Assembly (NCBI RefSeq): GCF_006345805.1
Contig: NW_021825798.1
Location: 1-13,756 of the forward strand
Source of the DNA: Octopus sinensis
Taxonomy: Eukaryota
Direction: 5' to 3'
DNA: 13,756 bases
Shown: one piece after another, positions 1 to 11,362 of the stretch
Layout: the number at the start of each line of letters is the position of its first letter
How positions within the stretch are numbered: the first letter of the stretch is position 1
Made by a program: the position numbers and the translations under genes
Notes under the pieces: model-generated
What the model was told of the DNA's origin: nothing
Databases searched by the model: none
Seen by the model: only the letters and a program-made list of their open reading frames with translations

Positions 1-3000
1 TAGTCAGTCTGTATCATGTGCAGAGTCCAGTCCGGTGCTCCGTAGGTACATCAGAACAAGGTAAAAACTTGTCAGTCTGTATCTTGTGCAGAGTCCGGTG
101 CTCCCGTATGCTACATCAGAACAAGGTAAATAGCTAGTAAGTCTGTCGCTTTTGCAGAGTCCGGTGGCCCGTAGGTACATCAGAACAAGGAAAATACTAG
201 TAAGTCTGTAGCTTGTGCAGAATTCGGGCTTTCCCGTAGGTACATCAGAACAGGTATATACCTAGTAAGTCTGTAGCTTGTGCAGAGTCCGGGGCTCCCG
301 TATGGTACATCAGAACAAGGTAAATACCTAGTAAATCTGTACCTTGTGCAGAGTCCGGTGCTCCCGTATGTACATCAGAAAAAGGTAAATACCTAGTAAG
401 TCTTTAGCTTGTGCAGAATCCGGTGCGTTCGTAGGTACATCAGAACAATGTATATACCTAGTAAGTCTATAGCTTGTGCAGAATCCGGTGCGCTCGTAGG
501 TACATCAGAACAAGGTATATACCTAGTAAGTCTGCAGCTTGTGCAGAGTCCGGTGCTCCCGTAGGTACATCAGAACAAGGTAAATATGTTGTAAGTCTGT
601 ACCTGGCTGCAGAGTCGGGAGTGCTCCCGTAGGATACATCAGAAAAAGGTAAATACCTAGTAAGTCTTAGCTTGTGCAGATCCGGTGCTCTCGTAGGTAC
701 ATCAGAACAAGGTAAATACTAGTAAGTCTGTATCTGTGCAGAATCCGCTGCTCCGTAGTACATCAGAACAAGGTAAATAGTAGTAAGTCTGTACTTGTGC
801 AGAATCAGTGTTCCCGTAGGTACATCAGAGCAAGGTAAATAACTAGTCAGTCTGTATTTGTGCAGAGTCCGGTGCTCCGTATGTACACATCAGAACAAGG
901 TAAATAGCTAGTAAGTCTGTCGCTTTTGCAGAGTCCGGTTGCTCCCGTAGGTACATCAGAACAAGAAAATACCTAGTAAGTCTGTAGCTGTGCAGAATTC
1001 GGGTTGCCCGTAGGTACATCAGAACAAGGTATATACCTAGTAAGTCGTAGCTTGTGCAGAGTCCGGTGGTCCCGTAGGTACATCAGAACAAGGTAAATAC
1101 CTAGTAAATCTGTACCTTGTGCAGAGTCCGGTGCTCCCGTATGTACATCAGAAAAAGGTAAATACCTAGTAAGTCTTTAGCTTGTGCAGAATCCGGTGCG
1201 TTCGTAGGTACATCAGAACAATGTATATACCTAGTAAGTCTGTAGCTTGTGCAGAATCCGGTGCTCCCGTAGGTACATCAGAACAAGGTAAATACCTAGG
1301 AAGTCTGTAGCTTGTGCAGAGTCCGGTGCTCCCGTAGGTACATCAGAAAAAGCTAACTACCTAGTAAGTCTTTAGCTTGTGCAGAATACGGTGCTCTCGT
1401 AGGTACATCAGAACAAGGTAAAAACCTAGTTAGTCTGTAGCTTGTGCAGAATCCCCTGCTCCCGTAGGTACATCAGAACAAGGTAAATACATAGTAAGTC
1501 TGTACCTTGTGCAGAGTCCGGTGCTCCCGTATGTACATCAGAACAAGGTAAATAGCTAGTAAGTCTGTAGCTTGTGCAGAATCCGGTGCTCCCGTAGGTA
1601 CATCAGAACAAGGTAAATAACTAGTAAGTCTGTAGCTTGTGCAGAATCCGGTGCTCCCGTAGGTACATCAGAACAAGGTAAACCCCTAGTAAGTATGTAG
1701 CTTGTGCAGAGACCAGTGCTCCCGTAGGTACATCAGAACAAGGTAAATACCTAATAAGTCTGTAGCTTGTGCAGAGACCGGTGCTCCCGTAGGTACATCA
1801 GAACAAGGTAAATACCTTGTAAGTCTGTAGCTTGTGCAGAGTCCGATTCCCCCATAGGTACATCAGAACAAGGTATATACCTTGTAAGTCTGTAGCTTGT
1901 GCAGAGACCAGTGCTCCCGTAGGTACATCAGAACAAGGTATATACCTAGTAAGTCTGTAGGTTGTGCAGAGTCCGGTGCTCCCGTAGGTACATCAGATAA
2001 AGTTAAATACCTAGTAAGACTTTAGCTTGTGCAGAATCAGGTGCGCTCGTAGGTACATCAGAACAAGGTATATACCTAGTTAGTCTGTAGCTTGTGCAGA
2101 ATCCGGTGCTCCCGTAGGTACATCAGAACAATGTAAATACCTAGTATGTCTGTACCTTGTGCAGAGTCCGGTGCTCCCGTAGGTACATCAGAAAAAGGTA
2201 AATACCTAGTAAGTCTTTAGCTTGTGCAGAATCCAGTGCTCTCGTAGGTACATCAGAACAAGTTAAATACCTAGTAAGTCTGTAGCTTGTGCAGAATCCG
2301 CTGCTCCCGTAGGTACAACAGAACAAGGTAAATACCTAGTAAGTATGTAGCTTGTGCAGAGACCAGTGCTACCGTAGGTACATCAGAACAAGGTATATAC
2401 CTAGTAAGTCTGTAGCTTGTGCAGAGACCAGTGCTACCGTATGTACATCAGAACAAGGTATATACCTAGTAAGTCTGTAGGTTGTGCAGAGTCCGGTGCT
2501 CCCGTAGGTACATCAGATAAAGTTAAATACCTAGTAAGACTTTAGCTTGTGCAGAATCAGGTGCGCTCGCAGGTACATCAGAACAAGGTATATACCTAGT
2601 TAGTCTGTAGCTTGTGCAGAGTCCGGTGCTCCCGTAGGTACATCAGAACAAGGTAAATACCTAGTAAGTCTTTAGCTTGTGCAGAATCCAGTGCTCTCGT
2701 AGGTACATCAGAACAAGTTAAATACCTAGTAAGTCTGTACCTTGTGCAGAATCCAGTGTTCCCGTAGGTACATTAGAGCAAGGTAAATACCTAGTAAGTC
2801 TGTATCTTATGCAGAGTCCGGTGCTCCCTTGGGTACATCAGAGCAAGGTAAATACCTAGTCAGTCTGTATCATGTGCAGAGTCCGGTGCTCCCGTAGGTA
2901 CATCAGAACTAGGTAAATACCCTGTCAGTCTGTATCTTGTGCAGAGTCCGGTGCTCCCGTATGTACATCAGAACAAGGTAAATAGCTAGTAAGTCTGTAG

Positions 3001-6000
3001 CTTGTGCAGAGTCCGGTGCTCCCGTAGGTACATCAGAACAAGTAAAATACCTAGTAATTATGTAGCTTGTGCAGAATCCGGTGCTCCCGTAGGTACATCA
3101 GTACAAGGGATATACCTAGTAAGTCTGTAGCTTGTGCAGAGTCCGGTGCTCTCGTAGGTACATCAGAACAAGGTAAATACCTAGTAAGTCTGTACCTTGT
3201 GCAGAGTCCGGTGCTCCCGTAGGTACATCAGAAAAAGGTAAATAGCTAGTAAGACTGTAGCTTGTGCAGAGTCCGGTGCTCCCGTATGTACATCAGAACA
3301 AGGTAAATACCTAGTAAGTCTTTAGCTTGTGCAGAATCCGGTGCTCTCGTAGGTACATCAGAACAAGGTAAATACCTAGTAAGTCTGTAGCTTGTGCAGA
3401 ATCCGCTGCTCCCGTAGGTAGATCAGAACAAGGTAAATAGGTAGTAAGTCTGTACCTTGTGCAGAATCCAGTGTTCCCGTAGGTACATCAGAGCAAGGTA
3501 AATACCTAGTAAGTCTGTATCTGGTGCAGAGTCCGGTGCTCCCGTAGATACATCAGAGCAAGGTAAATACCTAGTCAGTCTTTATCATAAGCAGAGTCCG
3601 GTGCTCCCGTAGGTACATCAGAACAAGGTAAATACCTGTCAGTCTGTAGCTTGTGCTGCGACCGTGGTGCTCCCGTAGGTACATCAGAAAAATAATAACT
3701 TGTAAGTCTGTAGCTTTGCAGAGTCCGTTGCCCCATAGGTACATCAGAACAAGTAAATACCTAGTAAGTCTGTAGCTTGTGCAGAGACCAGTGCTCCCGT
3801 AGGTACATCAGAACAAGGTATATACCTAGTAAGTCTGTAGCTTGTGCAGAGTCCGGTGCTCCCGTAGGTACATCAGAACAAGGTAAATACTAGTAAGTCT
3901 GTACCTTTTCTGAGTCCGGTCTCTCCCGTAGGTACATCAGAAAAAGGTAAATACCTAGTAAGTCTATAGCTTGTGCAGAATCCGGTGCGCTCGTAGGTAC
4001 ATCAGAACAAGGTATATACCTAGTAAGTCTGCAGCTTGTGCAGAGTCCGGTGCTCCCGTAGGTACATCAGAACAAGGTAAATACGTTGTAAGTCTGTACC
4101 TTGTGCAGAGTCCGGTGCTCCCGTAGGTACATCAGAAAAAGCTAAATACCTAGTAAGTCTTTAGCTTGTGCAGAATCCGGTGCTCTCTTAGGTACATCAG
4201 AACAAGGTAAATACCTAGTAAGTCTGTAGCTTGTGCAGAATCCGCTGCTCCCGTAGGTACATCAGAACAAGGTAAATACGTAGTAAGTCTGTACCTTGTG
4301 TAGAATCCAGTGTTCCCGTAGGTACATCAGAGCAAGGTAAATACCTAGTAAGTCTGTATCTTGTGCAGAGTCCGGTGCTCCCGTAGGTACATCAGAGCAA
4401 GGTAAATACCTAGTCAGTCTGTATCATGTGCAGAGTCCGGTGCTCCCGTAGGTACATCAGAACAAGGTAAATAACTTGTCAGTCTGTATCTTGTGCAGAG
4501 TCCGGTGCTCCCGTATGTACATCAGAACAAGGTAAATAGCTAGTAAGTCTGTCGCTTTTGCAGAGTCCGGTGCTCCCGTAGGTACATCAGAACAAGGAAA
4601 ATACCTAGTAAGTCTGTAGCTTGTGCAGAGTCCGGTGGTCCCGTAGGTACATCAGAACATGGTAAATACCTAGTAAATCTGTACCTTGTGCAGAGTCCGG
4701 TGCTCCCGTAGGTACATCAGAACAAGGTAAATACCTAGTAAGTCTTTAGCTTGTGCAGAATCCGGTGCGCTCGTAGGTACATCAGAACAAGGTATATAAC
4801 TAGTAAGTCTGTAGCTTGTGCAGAGTCCGGTGCTCCCGTAGGTACATCAGAACAAGGTAATACGTAGTAAGTCTGTACCTTGTGCAGAATCCAGTGTTCC
4901 CGTAGGTACATCAGAGCAAGGTAAATACCTAGTAAGTCTGTATCTTTTGCAGAGTCCGGTGCTCCCGTAGGTACATCAGAGCAAGGTAAATACCTAGTCA
5001 GTCTGTATCATGTGCAGAGTCCGGTGCTCCCGTAGGTACATCAGAACAAGGTAAATACCTTGTCAGTCTGTATCTTGTGCAGAGTCCGGTGCTCCCGTAT
5101 GTACATCAGAACAAGGTAAATAGCTAGTAAGTCTGTAGCTTGTGCAGCGTCCGGTGCTCCCGTAGGTACATCAGAACAAGGTAAATACCTAGTAAGTCCG
5201 TAGCTTGTGCAGAATCCGGTGCTCCCGTAGGTACATCAGAACAAGTTAAATACCTAGTAAGTCTGTAGCTTGTTCAGAGACCGGTGCTCCCGTAGGTACA
5301 TCAGAACAAGGTAAATACCTAGTAAGTCTGTAGCTTGTGCAGAATCCGGTGCTCCCGTAGGTACATCAGAACAAGGTAAATACCTAGTAAGTCTGTAGCT
5401 TGTGCAGAGACCGGTGCTCCCGTATGTACATCAGAGCAAGGTAAATACCTAGTAAGTCTGTATCTTATGCAGAGTCCGGTGCTCCCTTGGGTACATCAGA
5501 GCAAGGTAAATACCTAGTCAGTCTGTATCATGTGCAGAGTCCGGTGCTCCCGTAGGTACATCAGAACTAGGTAAATACCCTGTCAGTCTGTATCTTGTGC
5601 AGAGTCCGGTGCTCCCGTATGTACATCAGAACAAGGTAAATAGCTAGTAAGTCTGTAGCTTGTGCAGAGTCCGGTGCTCCCGTAGGTACATCAGAACAAG
5701 TAAAATACCTAGTAATTATGTAGCTTGTGCAGAATCCGGTGCTCCCGTAGGTACATCAGTACAAGGGATATACCTAGTAAGTCTGTAGCTTGTGCAGAGT
5801 CCGGTGCTCTCGTAGGTACATCAGAACAAGGTAAATACCTAGTAAGTCTGTACCTTGTGCAGAGTCCGGTGCTCCCGTAGGTACATCAGAAAAAGGTAAA
5901 TAGCTAGTAAGACTGTAGCTTGTGCAGAGTCCGGTGCTCCCGTATGTACATCAGAACAAGGTAAATACCTAGTAAGTCTTTAGCTTGTGCAGAATCCGGT

Positions 6001-9000
6001 GCTCTCGTAGGTACATCAGAACAAGGTAAATACCTAGTAAGTTGTAGCTTGTGCAGAATCCGCTGCTCCCGTAGGTAGATCAGAACAAGGTAAATACGTA
6101 GTAAGTCTGTACCTTGTGCAGAATCCAGTGTTCCCGTAGGTACATCAGAGCAAGGTAAATACCTAGTAAGTCTGTATCTGGTGCAGAGTCCGGTGCTCCC
6201 GTAGATACATCAGAGCAAGGTAAATACCTAGTCAGTCTTTATCATAAGCAGAGTCCGGTGCTCCCGTAGGTACATCAGAACAAGGTAAATACCTTGTCAG
6301 TCTGTAGCTTGTGCTGAGACCGGTGCTCCCGTAGGTACATCAGAAAAAGGTAAATAACTTGTAAGTCTGTAGCTTTTGCAGAGTCCGGTGCCCCCATAGG
6401 TACATCAGAACAAGGTAAATACCTAGTAAGTCTGTAGCTTGTGCAGAGACCAGTGCTCCCGTAGGTACATCAGAACAAGGTATATACCTAGTAAGTCTGT
6501 AGCTTGTGCAGAGTCCGGTGCTCCCGTAGGTACATCAGAACAAGGTAAATAACTAGTAAGTCTGTACCTTTTGCTGAGTCCGGTGCTCCCGTAGGTACAT
6601 CAGAAAAAGGTAAATACCTAGTAAGTCTATAGCTTGTGCAGAATCCGGTGCGCTCGTAGGTACATCAGAACAAGGTATATACCTAGTAAGTCTGCAGCTT
6701 GTGCAGAGTCCGGTGCTCCCGTAGGTACATCAGAACAAGGTAAATACGTTGTAAGTCTGTACCTTGTGCAGAGTCCGGTGCTCCCGTAGGTACATCAGAA
6801 AAAGCTAAATACCTAGTAAGTCTTTAGCTTGTGCAGAATCCGGTGCTCTCTTAGGTACATCAGAACAAGGTAATACCTAGTAAGTCTGTAGCTTGTGCAG
6901 ATCCGCTGCTCCCGTAGGTACATCAGAACAAGGTAAATACGTAGTAAGTCTGTACCTGTGCAGAATCCCGTGTTCCGTAGGTACATCAGAGCAAGGTAAA
7001 TACCTAGTAAGTCTGTATCTTGTGCAGAGTCCGGTGCTCCCGTAGGTACATCAGAGCAAGGTAAATACCTAGTCAGTCTGTATCAGGTGCAGAGTCCGGT
7101 GCTCCCGTAGGTACATCAGAACAAGGTAATAACTTGTCAGTCTGTATCTTGTGCAGAGTCCGGTGCTCCCGTATGTACATCAGAACAAGGTAAATAGCTA
7201 GTAAGTCTGTGCTTTTGCAGAGTCCGGTGCTCCGTAGGTACATCAGAACAAGGAAAATACCTAGTAAGTCTGTAGCTTGTGCAGAGTCCGGTGCTCCCGT
7301 AGGTACATCAGAACATGGTAAATACCTAGTAAATCTGTACTTGTGCAGAGTCCGGTGCTCCCGTAGGTACATCAGAAAAAGGTTAATACTAGTAAGTCTT
7401 TAGCTTGTGCAGAATCGGTGCGCTCGTAGGTACATCAGAACAAGGTATTAACTAGTAAGTCTGTAGCTTGTGCAGAGTCCGGTGCTCCCGTAGGTACATC
7501 AGAACAGGTAAATACGTAGTAAGTCTGTACCTTGTGCAGAATCCAGTGTTCCCGTAGGTACATCAGAGCAAGGTAAATACCTAGTAAGTCTGTATCTTTT
7601 GCAGAGTCCGGTGCTCCCGTAGGTACATCAGAGCAAGGTAATACCTAGTCAGTCTGTATCATGTGCAGAGTCCGGTGCTCCCGTAGGTACATCAGAACAA
7701 GGTAAATACCTTGTCAGTCTGTATCTTTGCAGAGTCCGGTGCTCCCGTATGTACATCAGAACAAGGTAAATAGCTAGTAAGTCTGTAGCTTGTGCAGGCT
7801 CCGGTGCTCCCGTAGGTACATCAGAACAAGGTAAATACCTAGTAAGTCCGTAGCTTGTGCAGAATCCGGTGCTCCCGTAGGTACATCAGAACAAGTAAAT
7901 ACCTAGTAAGTCTGTAGCTTGTTCAGAGACCGGTGCTCCCGTAGGTACATCAGAACAAGGTAAATAACCTAGTAAGTCTGTAGCTTGTGCAGAATCCGGT
8001 GCTCCTCTCCCGTAGGTACAACAGAACAGGGTAAATACCTAGTAATTCTGTAGCTTGTGCAGAGACCGGTGCTCCCGTAGGTACATCAGAACAAGGTCAA
8101 TACCTAGTAAGTCTGTAGCTTGTGCAGAGACCGGTGCTCCCGTAGGTACATCAGAACAAGGTAAATACCTTGTAAGTCAGTAGCTTGTGCAGAGTCCGGT
8201 GCCCCCATAGGTACATCAGAACAAGGTAAATACCTAGTAAGTCTGTAGCTTGTGCAGAGACCAGTGCTCCCTTAGGTACATCAGAACAAGTTATATACCT
8301 AGTCAGTCTGTATCATGTGCAGAGTCCGGTGCTCCCGTAGGTACATCAGAACAAGGTAAATAACTTGTCAGTCTGTATCTTGTGCAGAGTCCGGTGCTCC
8401 CGTATGTACATCAGAACAAGGTAAATAGCTAGTAAGTCTGTAGCTTGTGCAGAGTCCGGTGCTCCCGTAGGTACATCAGAACAAGGAAAATAACTAGTAA
8501 GTATGTAGCTTGTGCAGAATCCGGTGCTCCCGTAGGTACATCAGAACAAGGTAAATACCTAGTAAGTCTGTACCTTGTGCAGAGACCGGTGCTCCCGTAG
8601 GTACATCAGAAAAAGGTAAATACCTAGTAAGTCTTTAGCTTGTGCAGAATCCAGTGCTCTCGTAGGTACATCAGAGCAAGTTAAATACCTAGTAAGTCTG
8701 TAGCTTGTGCAGAATCCGCTGCTCCCGTAGGTACATCAGAACAAGGTAAATACGTAGTAAGTCTGTACCTTGTGCAGAATCCAGTGTTCCCGTAGGTACA
8801 TCAGAGCAAGGTAAATACCTAGTAAGTCTGTATCTTGTGCAGAGTCCGGTGCTCCCGTAGGTACATCAGAGCAAGGTAAATACCTAGTCAGTCTGTATCA
8901 TGTGCAGAGTCCGGTGCTCCCGTAGGTACATCAGAACAAGGTAAATAACTTGTCAGTCTGTATCTTGTGCAGAGTCCGGTGCTCCCGTATGTACATCAGA

Positions 9001-10692
9001 ACAAGGTAAATAGCTAGTAAGTCTGTCGCTTTTGCAGAGTCCGTTGCTCCCGTAGGTACATCAGAACAAGGAAAATACCTAGTAAGTCTGTAGCTTGTGC
9101 AGAATTCGGGTTTCCCGTAGGTACATCAGAACAAGGTATATACCTAGTAAGTCTGTAGCTTGTGCAGAGTCCGGTGGTCCCGTAGGTACATCAGAACAAG
9201 GTAAATACCTAGTAAATCTGTACCTTGTGCAGAGTCCGGTGCTCCCGTATGTACATCAGAAAAAGGTAAATACCTAGTAAGTCTTTAGCTTGTGCAGAAT
9301 CCGGTGCGTTCCTAGGTACATCAGAACAAGGTATATACCTAGTAAGTCTGTAGCTTGTGCAGAGTCCGGTGCTCCCGTAGGTACATCAGAACAAGGTAAA
9401 TACGTAGTAAGTCTGTAGCTTGTGCAGAGTCCGGTGCTCCCGTAGGTACATCAGAAAAAGCTAACTACCTAGTAAGTCTTTAGCTTGTGCAGAATACGGT
9501 GCTCTCGTAGGTACATCAGAACAAGGTAAAAACCTAGTTAGTCTGTAGCTTGTGCAGAATCCCCTGCTCCCGTAGGTACATCAGAACAAGGTAAATACGT
9601 AGTAAGTCTGTACCTTGTGCAGAGTCCGGTGCTCCCGTATGTACATCAGAACAAGGTAAATAGCTAGTAAGTCTGTAGCTTGTGCAGCGTCCGGTACTCC
9701 CGTAGGTACAACAGAACAAGTTAAATACCTAGTAAGTCTGTAGCTTGTGCAGAATCCGGTGCTCCCGTAGGTACATCAGAACAAGGTAAATAACTAGTAA
9801 GTCTGTAGCTTGTGCAGAATCCGGTGCTCCCGTAGGTACATCAGAACAAGGTAAACACCTAGTAAGTATGTAGCTTGTGCAGAGACCAGTGCTCCCGTAG
9901 GTACATCAGAACAAGGTAAATAACTAGTAGGTCTGTACCTTATGCTGAGTCCGGTGCTCCCGTAGGTACATCAGAAAAAGGTAAATACCTAGTAAGTCTT
10001 TAGCTTGTGCAGAATCCGGTGCGCTCGTAGGTACATCAGAACAAGGTAAATACCTAGTAAGTCTGTAGCTTGTGCAGAGTCCGGTGCTCCCGTAGGTACA
10101 TCACAACAAGGTAAATACCTAGTAAGTCTGTACCTTGTGCAGAGTCCGGTGCTCCCGTAGGTACATCAGAAAAAGCTAAATACCTAGTAAGTCTTTAGCT
10201 TGTGCAGAATCCGGTGCTCTCGTAGGTACATCACAACAAGGTAATAACTAGTAAGTCTGTAGCTTGTGCAGAATCCGCTGATCCCGTAGGTACATCAGAA
10301 AAAGGTAAATACGTAGTAAGTCTATACCTTGTGTAGAATCCAGTGTTCCCGTAGGTACATCAGAGCAAGGTAAATACCTAGTAAGTCTGTATCTTGTGCA
10401 GAGTCCGGTGCTCCCGAAGGTTCATCAGAGCAAGGTAAATACCTAGTAAGTCTGTATCATGTGCAGAGTCCGGTGCTCCCGTAGATACATCAGAACAAGG
10501 TAAATAACTTGTCAGTCTTTATCTTGTGCAGAGTCCGGTCCTCCCGTATGTACATCAGAACAAGGTAAATAGCTAGTAAGTCTGTAGCTTTTGCAGAGTC
10601 CGGTGCTCCCGTAGGTACATCAGAACAAGGAAAATACCTAGTAAGTCTGTAGCTTGTGCAGAATCCGGTGTTCCCGTAGGTACATCAGAACA
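1..10692. repeat. 65-bp tandem satellite DNA, about 164 copies, consensus CTAGTAAGTCTGTAGCTTGTGCAGAGTCCGGTGCTCCCGTAGGTACATCAGAACAAGGTAAATAC
   Basis: The unit recurs at a 65-bp period (e.g. GTGCTCCCGT at 1261 and 1326). Copies are head-to-tail with no spacers and usually differ from consensus by only a few substitutions. The array runs off the left edge and ends at ...TACATCAGAACA (10692). Confidence 0.99.
2776..8080. repeat. Higher-order tandem duplication in the satellite: two ~2.66-kb blocks (~41 monomers each), ~2776-5433 and ~5434-8080
   Basis: Rare variants recur in the same order at an offset of about 2650-2663: CCCTTGGG 2826/5484, TTTATCATAAG 3581/6238, CTCTTAGG 4185/6848, TGTTCAGAGA 5271/7920. 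The variants GAACTAGG, TAGTAATTATG, GTACAAGGGATA, GTAGATC and GAACATGG also occur in both blocks. Confidence 0.9.
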
Positions 10693-11132
10693 TAAATGTA
10701 TTCACGCAAATGAACAACCATACCAAAATGATGTCTATTGTAACCAATTCTCACATAACAATACTATAGATACCCACCATCAGAAAAGTAAAGAATTCTT
10801 TAGTGCACCACAAAGCCTGGAAGCTCCCATGCCTCCCAACTGCAGCAGCAGAGTCATTTGGTTCCTTGCCAAGAGAATTCATGGAATCCTCCACCTCACC
10901 ATATACAACACACCCGCTGTAAAAACTTCTACATTTGTTGTGTGTATCATTTCAAGTTCTACACTGACCTCACAAATCTCCTTCATGATGCCTCCTATTT
11001 CACCACCAAATACAAAACGTTTTAAAAAGAAACACTTGTGCAGATGAATCCAGCCATCATTCTTGAATTTCTCCATGTAGCAACATCCATGTTCAACTAA
11101 AACACCTCACATCGGGATTCATGAAAGCATCA

Positions 11133-11362
11133 TTAACCCTTTCGTTCCAACCCTGGCTGCAACCGGCTCTGGCTCTGTTGTACAAATGTTTGTTTTCATA
11201 AGTTTTGAATTAAAATCTTCTTCTACCAAACCTTAGTCACAATTTGTATTCCTATGATGAGCTGAATGATAACTAAGTTATTTTAACTAAATTTTTTGTT
11301 ATATTTAAAGTAATTGAAAGAAACACAGAGCATCTCAAATAAATACAGTAATGAAAGGTTAA
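11133..11362. mobile_element. Non-autonomous piggyBac-type MITE (222 bp, 11137-11358) with TTAA target-site duplication
   Basis: The left end reads TTAA(11133-11136)CCCTTTCGTTCC and the right end GTAATGAAAGG-TTAA(11359-11362). The reverse complement of the right end, CCTTTCATTAC, matches the left end with 2 mismatches and one missing C. A TTAA TSD with CCC-starting TIRs is the piggyBac signature. The interior is AT-rich and non-coding. Confidence 0.8.

Noticed and set aside
1261-1325. Satellite-encoded hammerhead ribozyme (the minus strand contains CTGATG)
   Set aside because: The motif reads CUGAUGU rather than CUGANGA, and the consensus lacks the GAAA core element.
2141-9719. ORFs within the satellite (2141-2326, 7073-7372, 7209-7403, 9095-9277, 9534-9719)
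   Set aside because: The unit length of 65 is not a multiple of 3 and stops recur regularly. These ORFs are chance readings of variant monomers.
1-10692. CRISPR array
   Set aside because: The whole 65-bp unit repeats with no unique spacers, there are no cas genes, and the context is eukaryotic.
10778-10792. CATCAGAAAAGTAAA resembling a satellite fragment beyond the array end
   Set aside because: The match is short, A-rich, gapped and out of the 65-bp register, with no flanking similarity.
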